From: a virus
IMG/VR virus record: IMGVR_UViG_3300045988_160394
Coordinates: 1 to 64,000 of that record
Length of the DNA stretch: 64,000 nt
Reading direction: 5' to 3' (one strand)
This document shows positions 46,576 to 53,233 of this stretch, piece by piece. Every line of letters begins with the position of its first letter. The stretch's first letter is position 1. The notes below the pieces were generated by a model. That model ran no database searches, was not told where the DNA came from, and saw nothing but the letters and a program-made list of their open reading frames with translations. The position numbers were made by a program, and so were the translations under genes.

Positions 46576-46974
46576 ATGAAAGATATGTTAAAAAAGATAA
46601 TTCACAAGACATTAGATGTAATACTTTTTATTTTTAAACATATATTTTTGATCATAGGTTTAATATTTATAGCATTTTCTATTATTGGTTTAAATATTGG
46701 AGCTGATAAATATGATTGTTTATTTATAATGATTTATGGATTCTTTTTCATTTCATCTTATTATGCTGAAGCAATAGCTAAAGTAAAAGCTGATAAGGTA
46801 AAAATACAATATGAAGAAGATTTATGTGATTTAACAGAACATTTAATAAGAGTAGTAAAATCAATCAATAGAAGTGCTGCTACACAAAACAGACTTAATC
46901 AGCAACTTTGTAAAGAAATAAAAGCATTAAAAAAAGAAATTAAAGAATTAAAGGAAGAGAATAAAAATGGGTAA
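46576..46974 (+). CDS. membrane protein with C-terminal coiled coil
   Basis: AGAGGAG RBS; two or three TM helices, then a heptad region. Confidence 0.5.
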   Translation: MKDMLKKIIHKTLDVILFIFKHIFLIIGLIFIAFSIIGLNIGADKYDCLFIMIYGFFFISSYYAEAIAKVKADKVKIQYEEDLCDLTEHLIRVVKSINRSAATQNRLNQQLCKEIKALKKEIKELKEENKNG

Positions 46975-47395
46975 TAAAAACGTAAAAGGCAGTATGAGCT
47001 GCTTTGGATGTATTTTTTCATGTGCATTATTTATTTTTATAATTTGTATGGGAGTATTGTTTTTAGGAGCTGTTTCTAAAAGTGCAGAAGAAAATAATTC
47101 AACTTATGTTGCTCCAGAACCAGAAGTAATGTATTATAAAACAATTCCTGTTGAAGTTGTAGACATTAAAAATACATGGAACAATGCAAAAACTAATACA
47201 TATATTTATAGTATAACAGTTAAATCTGAAGAATATGGATTAAATAAAACATTAGATATAAAAAACGGTTATCCATATTTTTATGAAGCTTATACTGGAC
47301 AAATTAAACCAGGAGATATTATTAATGCTGAATTAATATCTTATAAGCAAGGTGATACTGTTACTCGAAGATATATAAATCAATTAAAAAATTAA
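46967..47395 (+). CDS. membrane-anchored protein
   Basis: Overlaps the upstream stop; N-terminal TM helix. Confidence 0.5.
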   Translation: MGNKNVKGSMSCFGCIFSCALFIFIICMGVLFLGAVSKSAEENNSTYVAPEPEVMYYKTIPVEVVDIKNTWNNAKTNTYIYSITVKSEEYGLNKTLDIKNGYPYFYEAYTGQIKPGDIINAELISYKQGDTVTRRYINQLKN

Positions 47396-47404
47396 TTATG
47401 ATAC

Positions 47405-47457
47405 AATATTAAGGGCGGCCCCTCTTTTTGGGCTTCGCCCAATATTATTTAAGGGGG
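47405..47457 (+). promoter_or_regulatory. conserved intergenic cassette, copy A (second copy at 62893-62957)
   Basis: AATATTAAG, GC-rich hairpin, T-run, GGGC-TTC-GCCC mini-hairpin, TTATTTAAGGGGG; copy B carries a compensatory change (GTGC-TTC-GCAC). Confidence 0.4.
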
Positions 47458-47465
47458 ATATTTTT

Positions 47466-47726
47466 ATGAAAAAACACAGATATTGACTAAGAAGAAAAGG
47501 ACGTACATATAGTGTTATTTTTAATAACAAAGAGAGGACCGATATGATAATATTATTTATGCAATTTAGTTTTAAAGACTTTTGTTTTAAACCTAAAGCA
47601 TTATCTTTAGATAAAGATACAATAGCTATTAAATGGTTATTTATATATTTCGGTTTTATGCAAAAAGATAGTAGATATAAATGGCATCATGTTTTAGATA
47701 TACCAGATAAAGAAAGAAAGGATTGA
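47466..47726 (+). CDS. hypothetical protein with in-frame TGA at codon 7 (47484-47486)
   Basis: ATG 47466 sits 7 nt after GGGGGA; the ORF-track start 47544 has no RBS; same frame throughout if TGA is read. Confidence 0.4.
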
Positions 47727-47733
47727 TATTTAT

Positions 47734-48030
47734 ATGGAGAAAAGTAAAGTTATAATAGATAGAATAAAATTTATTAAATGTATAGATTGTGGTAAACCAA
47801 TAGCTCTTTATATAAAAGGAGAATACAACGATACAGGTACTTGTAATGAATGCTTTGCTCCTAATAGCTGTTTAAGAAACGGTATTGATGAGATGACAGA
47901 AACAGATTTATTTGATAAATATAATACAGAAGCTTTATATGATATTATGTTTTATAAAGAAAAGTTATTAAAACATTTATCATTAAAAGATTATTATACA
48001 TTATGGAAAATATGGAGGGATAATAAATGA
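47734..48030 (+). CDS. Cys-containing hypothetical protein (98 aa)
   Basis: AAAGGA RBS; CIDCG...CNEC; ATGA overlap with the next gene. Confidence 0.5.
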   Translation: MEKSKVIIDRIKFIKCIDCGKPIALYIKGEYNDTGTCNECFAPNSCLRNGIDEMTETDLFDKYNTEALYDIMFYKEKLLKHLSLKDYYTLWKIWRDNK

Positions 48031-48545
48031 ATAGTGAAAAAGAAACTGTTTATAGATGTATGAAATGTGGATCGCTATATTATAGTTATGAAGCTGCTGA
48101 AACATGTTGTGGACCAAAGTTATGTAAAGAATGTGGTAAAGAAATACCATATTGGAAAGAAAGATGTTGTGAATGCCGTGACAAGAAAATATTTGATGAA
48201 GCAAAAAAGATTCATTTAGAAGATTATAAAGGAAGCTATGTTTATGACTATATAAGTGAAGATTACTTTAGTAGTATTGATGATTTAATAGATTTTTATC
48301 ATGCTAAAGAAGAAGAATTGCCTAAGTATTGTTATGCTTGTACTCCTATAAGCTATTCTTTAGATATATATTCTGTTATTGAAGATAGTATAGTAGATTT
48401 ATATGAAGAATATGAAGAGGTTATGGATAGTTTAGTTGATCTAGATAAGTTAGAAGCATTTGTTGAAGAATGGAACAAAAAACAAGTTGACATATGCTAT
48501 GAACAAGATCAGTCAACTGTTATATTATTAGATGATATTAAATAA
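48027..48545 (+). CDS. Cys-rich protein (172 aa)
   Basis: GGAGGGA RBS; CMKCG..CCGPKLCKECG...CCEC, then an acidic C-terminal half. Confidence 0.55.
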   Translation: MNSEKETVYRCMKCGSLYYSYEAAETCCGPKLCKECGKEIPYWKERCCECRDKKIFDEAKKIHLEDYKGSYVYDYISEDYFSSIDDLIDFYHAKEEELPKYCYACTPISYSLDIYSVIEDSIVDLYEEYEEVMDSLVDLDKLEAFVEEWNKKQVDICYEQDQSTVILLDDIK

Positions 48546-48555
48546 AAATTTAATA

Positions 48556-48585
48556 TATACAAAATAATGTACCGTATGGTATAAT
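48556..48585 (+). promoter_or_regulatory. candidate promoter with extended -10
   Basis: TATACA, 18 nt spacer, TGgTATAAT (48577-48585), in the 76-nt gap upstream of the SPFH gene. Confidence 0.35.
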
Positions 48586-48621
48586 ATTGAAATAATAAAT
48601 AAAATGTAAGGGAGAATTTTA

Positions 48622-49494
48622 ATGAAGACAAAAAACTTAATAAAATTATGTTGCGGAATCGCAGGAGCAGTAGTTGTAATAGGAGGAATAACGTTACTTA
48701 CTTGTACAACAATAATTAAACCAGGATATGTTGGTATTAAATACAACATGAACGGAGGTGTACAAGATGAAACTTTAACTCAAGGTTTTCACTTTGTAGG
48801 ACCTTTAACTAAAGTTAAACAATATACTGTAGCAACAGAACAAGCTTATTTGTCTAAGGACGCAGAAGAAGGATCAGAAAAGGATAATAGCTTTATAATT
48901 CCAACATCAGATGGAAAAACTGTTAACGTAGATATGGAGTTTTCATATCATTTCGATCCAGATATATTACCACAAACATACACAAGATTTAAAGGACAAA
49001 GTGGTAAAGATATAGAAGAAACATTTATTAGAGGTAAAATTAAAGCATGGGCATCAGAAGTATCATCTAACTTTAGCGTTATAGATATTTATGGATCAAA
49101 AAGAGCAGATTTAAATAACGCTGTTCTTGCACATGTTCAAGATGAATTTAAACCATATGGTATAGCAATTGATTCTGTTAACTTTACTAGAATAGGTTTA
49201 GATGAACAAACTGAAAAAGCTATTCAAGACAGAATCAATAAGCAACAAGAATTAGAATCAGCTAAAATAGAAACAGAAAAGGCGAAAGAAGCTGCTAAGA
49301 AGAAAGAAGTTGAAGCAGAAGCTAATGCTAAAGCTAAACAAATTGAAGCAGAAGGACAAGCTAAGGCTAACCAAGAATTAGCTAATTCTATTACTCCAGA
49401 GCTTATTCAAATGAAAGAAGCCGAAGCAAGATTACAACATGGATGGGTAACTGTACAAGGTGGAACTCCAGTTGTAGACGCTAAAAATAATTAA
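48622..49494 (+). CDS. SPFH/band-7 (prohibitin/stomatin-like) domain protein
   Basis: N-terminal TM helix, IIKPGYVGIKYNM..G....L.QGFHFVGPL..V..Y, then an Ala/Lys/Glu coiled coil (AEANAKAKQIEAEGQAKANQELA). Confidence 0.8.
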   Translation: MKTKNLIKLCCGIAGAVVVIGGITLLTCTTIIKPGYVGIKYNMNGGVQDETLTQGFHFVGPLTKVKQYTVATEQAYLSKDAEEGSEKDNSFIIPTSDGKTVNVDMEFSYHFDPDILPQTYTRFKGQSGKDIEETFIRGKIKAWASEVSSNFSVIDIYGSKRADLNNAVLAHVQDEFKPYGIAIDSVNFTRIGLDEQTEKAIQDRINKQQELESAKIETEKAKEAAKKKEVEAEANAKAKQIEAEGQAKANQELANSITPELIQMKEAEARLQHGWVTVQGGTPVVDAKNN

Positions 49495-49499
49495 TAAAT

Positions 49500-49528
49500 G
49501 AGATGGCTTAGTCCATCTCTTATTTTTA
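49500..49528 (+). terminator. Rho-independent terminator
   Basis: GAGATGG / CCATCTC stem, 6-nt loop, TTATTTTTAT tail. Confidence 0.7.
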
Positions 49529-49544
49529 TAAAGGAGTGTTTTTT

Positions 49545-49988
49545 ATGAATATAATAGAAGGATTTAGAGGGCAATATTATTTTCTATCTAATTTCTCTGA
49601 TAGTAAAATATGCTACAAAGGACATACATATAAAAATGGAGAAGCTGCTTTTCATTCTGAAAAGAATGGTTTTAGTGAATATAAAGAAAAGTTAGAAAAA
49701 GCAAATCCATCAGAAGCAAAGAAATTAGGAAGAAGAGTTAAACTTAGACCTGATTGGGAACAAGTTAAAGAAACTGTTATGCATGATATAGTTTATGCGA
49801 AATTTTCACAAAATGAAGATTTAAAAAGAAAGCTTTTAGCTACTGGCAATAAAATATTAATAGAAAGTAATACTTGGCATGATAACTATTGGGGAAACTG
49901 TATTTGTGCTAAATGCAAAAACAAATACGGTAAGAATATGCTAGGAATAACATTAATGAGAGTAAGAGAGGAATTGAAACAATGTTAG
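49545..49988 (+). CDS. NADAR (DUF1768/YbiA-like) family protein
   Basis: F.GQYYFLSNFS....Y.G..Y.NGEAAFHSEK....A..LGRRVKLRPDWE..K...M..IVYAKF.QN..L...LL.TG...L.E...HD.YWG is the NADAR signature. Confidence 0.8.
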   Translation: MNIIEGFRGQYYFLSNFSDSKICYKGHTYKNGEAAFHSEKNGFSEYKEKLEKANPSEAKKLGRRVKLRPDWEQVKETVMHDIVYAKFSQNEDLKRKLLATGNKILIESNTWHDNYWGNCICAKCKNKYGKNMLGITLMRVREELKQC

Positions 49989-50236
49989 CAATGTTTGCTT
50001 TTAGAGTAATGTTGATACTTATTTTGATATTAGCTTTTATAATAATATCAAATGTTATATTTGAAAGAAGAAAACAAAAAAGAAAATGGAATAATGGATA
50101 TTGTCCTGAATGTAAGGGACAATGGCTTTTATTAGAAAAATACAACAATGAAAATAGATATGTTTGTGAAAATAATAATGCACATAGATGTATTATAACT
50201 TACGAAGATATAGATAGAAAAAGAGAAGAAGGTTAA
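49982..50236 (+). CDS. membrane-anchored zinc-ribbon protein
   Basis: N-terminal TM helix; CPECKG ... CENNNAHRC. Confidence 0.5.
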   Translation: MLAMFAFRVMLILILILAFIIISNVIFERRKQKRKWNNGYCPECKGQWLLLEKYNNENRYVCENNNAHRCIITYEDIDRKREEG

Positions 50237-50254
50237 TATAGCCTTCTTTTTTTT
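50226..50254 (+). terminator. Rho-independent terminator
   Basis: AAGAAGG / CCTTCTT stem, 9-nt loop, TTTTTT tail. Confidence 0.65.
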
Positions 50255-50295
50255 GTACATATAAGAGGAAATTTATATTAAAGGAGATTATTGAT

Positions 50296-51636
50296 ATGGC
50301 AACTAAATGTATAAAAATAGCTTTTGATTTTGCAAAAGATAATACTATAGATAAAAAAGATTTTTATAAAGAATTAAGAGATATAAATTATAAAACATGG
50401 TTGGCTTGTAATAGAGCTATTACTTACTTTTATACTAACGATATGCAGAATATGGTTCAAAAAGATATTGGTATTCCTAAACAAGATGATAAAGAACTGT
50501 TTGGAAAAAGTTTCGGAGCTTGGGTAGAAAACAGAATGAATGAGTTAATGGAAGGATGTTTATCTACTAATGTAGCTCAAACAAGACAATTTGTTGCTAA
50601 TAGATATGCTCAAGATAAAAAGAATGGGCTATTTAAAGGTCAAGTATCTTTAACTCAATTTAAAAAAGATATACCAATAATAGTTCATAATAAAGCTTAT
50701 AATATTATAGATACTGATAAAGGATTAGGTGTAGAAGTAAGTCTTTTTAATAAAGAAAAACAGAAAGAATTAAACGTTAAAAAGATTAAATTAGTATTTC
50801 CTAAATTAGATGGATCTTCTAAAGCTACGCTAATTAAAATAATGGATAAAACTTATAAACAAGGTTCAATACAAATAACTTATAATGAAAGAAAAAGAAA
50901 ATGGATGATGATTATAAGTTATACTTTTGAAGCTATTAAAGATGAAACATTAAATGAAGATATTACATTAGGAATAGATTTAGGTATAGTTAATGTGGCT
51001 ACTATGTCTTTATATGATTCTAAAAATAATAGTTTTAATAGCATAGCTTGGAAAGAAAGAATTATACCAGGGGATGAGCTTATACATTATAGACAAAAGA
51101 TAGAAGCTAGAAGAAAATCTTTATATATAGCTACTAAATGGTCTAGTGATAATGCTTCAGGCCATGGTTATAAAAGAAAAACAAAGACAGCTAATAAAAT
51201 AAGTGATAAGTATTCAAGATTTAGAGATACTTATAATCATAAGATATCTAGATATATAGTAGATTTAGCTATTAAACATAAAGCTAAGAATATACAAATG
51301 GAAGACTTAAGTGGTTTTTCAGATTATCAATCAGAAAGTTTATTAGCTAACTGGAGTTACTACGATCTTCAACAAAAGATAAAATATAAAGCCGAAGGAA
51401 AAGGTATTAATGTTATATTCATTAATCCACAATATACTTCTAAAAGATGTAGTAAATGTGGTAATATACACGAAGAGAATAGAGATTGTAAAAACAATCA
51501 GGCTAAATTCGAATGTATAGTATGCGGTCATAAAGAGAATGCAGATATAAATGCTAGTAAGAATATAGCTATACCACAAATTGATACTGTAATAAAAGAA
51601 TATATAAAAGATAAAAAAGAGGCTGCTATAAGTTAG
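50296..51636 (+). CDS. cas12f: miniature RNA-guided nuclease, Cas12f-type (TnpB-derived), 446 aa
   Basis: RuvC-I GIDLG (D228, nt 50977-50979), RuvC-II IQMEDL (E336, 51301-51303), zinc ribbon YTSKRCSKCG...CIVCG, RuvC-III NADINASKNIA (D417, 51544-51546). From memory, the C-terminal 220 aa run collinear with Firmicute Cas12f1 proteins (..FRDT.NH..SRYIVD.AIK.....IQMEDL...NW.YYDLQQKI.YKAE..GI.V..I.PQYTS.RCS.CG). Confidence 0.85.
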   Translation: MATKCIKIAFDFAKDNTIDKKDFYKELRDINYKTWLACNRAITYFYTNDMQNMVQKDIGIPKQDDKELFGKSFGAWVENRMNELMEGCLSTNVAQTRQFVANRYAQDKKNGLFKGQVSLTQFKKDIPIIVHNKAYNIIDTDKGLGVEVSLFNKEKQKELNVKKIKLVFPKLDGSSKATLIKIMDKTYKQGSIQITYNERKRKWMMIISYTFEAIKDETLNEDITLGIDLGIVNVATMSLYDSKNNSFNSIAWKERIIPGDELIHYRQKIEARRKSLYIATKWSSDNASGHGYKRKTKTANKISDKYSRFRDTYNHKISRYIVDLAIKHKAKNIQMEDLSGFSDYQSESLLANWSYYDLQQKIKYKAEGKGINVIFINPQYTSKRCSKCGNIHEENRDCKNNQAKFECIVCGHKENADINASKNIAIPQIDTVIKEYIKDKKEAAIS

Positions 51637-51717
51637 TAGTCTCTTTAGCTATATTTAAAGACCGTAGGGCAGGAAGAACTATATCTAAAAATGGAATGAT
51701 AGAATTGGTTATAAAAT

Positions 51718-51856
51718 AAAGGTTGATTTACCAGCCTAAAGATGAGATAGTGATTTCTATTAGAAATAATACTCTCATTAAACGCTCCAACTAGATTGGT
51801 AAAAGGCTAGTGCAAAACAATAATATTATTGGGCGTGTACTAGGATATAGCTTTTG
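51718..51856 (+). ncRNA. tracrRNA/omegaRNA-like structured RNA, copy 1
   Basis: Nested stems TTTACCA(51727-33)/TGGTAAA(51797-803) and ATGAGA(51742-47)/TCTCAT(51773-78); conserved in copy 2 with compensatory changes; ends in CTTTTG. Strand and ends are inferred. Confidence 0.55.
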
Positions 51857-52018
51857 TTAATATTTAATAAAATGATTTAAATATAAGGGTTTAATATTAA
51901 CATAAGATGTATTTAAATTTAAACAATCTATGTGTAGGACAGTTCCTGTACTAAGTTTAATATTAACATAGGATGTATTTAAATGTAGAATCAATATTAG
52001 CATAAGGTATATTTTAAT
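51855..52018 (+). CRISPR. mini CRISPR-like array 1
   Basis: Two 30-nt repeats, GTTTAATATTAACATAAGATGTATTTAAAT (51889-51918) and the same with one mismatch (51955-51984), separated by 36 nt. Degenerate repeat copies flank them at 51855-51882 and 51989-52018. Confidence 0.5.
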
Positions 52019-52081
52019 TTACTCCAAGTAGTTCATTATAAAAGCATATTTAATGACTTTCAATATAATTTATAAAAAGAT

Positions 52082-52246
52082 AAAGGGTGTTTTACCATCC
52101 TAAAAGTGAGAAAGTGATTTTGGAAACGGCTTAAATGATAAGCTTAAAATAAATTTAATACTCTCACTAAACGCTCCAATAAAGTTATTGGTAAAAAGCT
52201 AGTGCAAAATGATTAAATTCAGGCGTGTACTAGAATACATTTTTTA
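52082..52246 (+). ncRNA. tracrRNA/omegaRNA-like structured RNA, copy 2
   Basis: Homologous to copy 1 with a roughly 25-nt larger variable loop; stems TTTACCA(52091-97)/TGGTAAA(52189-95) and AGTGAGA(52105-11)/TCTCACT(52162-68); ends in a small hairpin plus TTTTTATT. Confidence 0.55.
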
Positions 52247-52277
52247 TTAAAGTAAACGGATTGGCTTAAATATACTG

Positions 52278-52338
52278 GTTGAACTTTAACAAGAATTGTA
52301 TTTAAAGATGTGCTCTTTTGGCACTAATGTATTTAAAG
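52278..52338 (+). CRISPR. degenerate CRISPR-like unit 2
   Basis: GTTGAACTTTAACAAGAATTGTATTTAAAG (about 22/30 identity to the array-1 repeat), then 20 nt (ATGTGCTCTTTTGGCACTAA), then an 11-nt repeat 3' fragment TGTATTTAAAG. Confidence 0.35.
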
Positions 52339-52382
52339 AAATATTAATTAAGATTTGATATTGATATATATGTTAAAATAAA

Positions 52383-52408
52383 TACTCTTCCCAATTGAGG
52401 GAAGAGTA
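52383..52408. other. GC-containing hairpin closing the non-coding locus
   Basis: TACTCTTCCC / GGGAAGAGTA stem with AATTGA loop; no T-run on the + strand (an A-run lies upstream), so its terminator role is unclear. Confidence 0.35.
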
Positions 52409-52426
52409 AAGTTAAAGGAGATTTTT

Positions 52427-52993
52427 ATGATATTGTATCATGTAAGTGAAAATTTGAACAATTATATTGATGTTTTCTATCCAAGAATACCATCTGAAGA
52501 TAGAATGTGTCTAGGAGAAAATATTTCCATAAAAAGAGTATGCGTATCATCAAATATAGCTGGAGCTTTTTCTGCTATGCCAAGAGAAGATGATATAGCT
52601 AATAAGAAGTTTAGAGTATATGAATTTGAATTAGACGAAAAAGATAAAGATTTATTAGATTATAAAACAATATATAATAGAAATTATGTTCAAGATAGTT
52701 TATGTACTAAAGAACATTGGATATTAAAAAATATTAAGCCATCAAGGCATTATGATATAATAGTAAAAAGTTATGATAATGAATTGATACCTGTTTTACG
52801 TAAAGATTTATGGAAAACTTATTTTAATACATACGCAGATGATCAAGATGCTTTCTTAGAGAAAAACGGTGGCTTTTTAATGTCAGCTTTTAAAAAAGTA
52901 TTTTATATAAAAGATAATGTCGAATTTATATCTGAAAATGATATATATGAATATTTAAATTATGATAGGAGTGATATTAATGGTTTATATTAA
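52427..52993 (+). CDS. hypothetical protein (188 aa)
   Basis: AAAGGAG RBS; no motif recognised. Confidence 0.55.
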   Translation: MILYHVSENLNNYIDVFYPRIPSEDRMCLGENISIKRVCVSSNIAGAFSAMPREDDIANKKFRVYEFELDEKDKDLLDYKTIYNRNYVQDSLCTKEHWILKNIKPSRHYDIIVKSYDNELIPVLRKDLWKTYFNTYADDQDAFLEKNGGFLMSAFKKVFYIKDNVEFISENDIYEYLNYDRSDINGLY

Positions 52994-53207
52994 AGTTTAT
53001 GATAGATATATAAACAAGCCAATAGATCAATTTAAATTAAATATAAATGCAGAAAAGCTTTCAGTTGGAGATCGTATTATTTGTAATAAAAAGAATGGTA
53101 CATCAGAAGAGTATAGGATTAAATCAATACGCCATGAAATAGCATTTGAAGGCGGATATGAAGAAGATGTAGCTGCATATAAAAAAACAATAATAGAAGT
53201 AAATTAA
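52980..53207 (+). CDS. hypothetical protein
   Basis: ATG 52980 is 7 nt after TAGGAGTG (ORF-track start 52962). Confidence 0.5.
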   Translation: MVYIKVYDRYINKPIDQFKLNINAEKLSVGDRIICNKKNGTSEEYRIKSIRHEIAFEGGYEEDVAAYKKTIIEVN

Positions 53208-53233
53208 TACTTATAAATAAGGGGAGATATTAT

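Noticed and set aside
48028-48210. Long open alternative frame if the TGA stop of ORF 47734-48030 were read through
   Set aside because: It is the +1 frame of the well-supported Cys-rich gene 48027-48545, reached through an ATGA start-stop overlap. The translation has no features, so it is treated as coincidental.
50296-52426. Ordinary IS200/IS605 (TnpB-only) insertion sequence
   Set aside because: There is no tnpA, and I could not recognise terminal LE/RE hairpin pairs. The structured RNA starts about 80 nt after the stop codon rather than overlapping the 3' end of the gene, and direct repeats follow it. This is not fully excluded; see the refutation criteria of the main finding.
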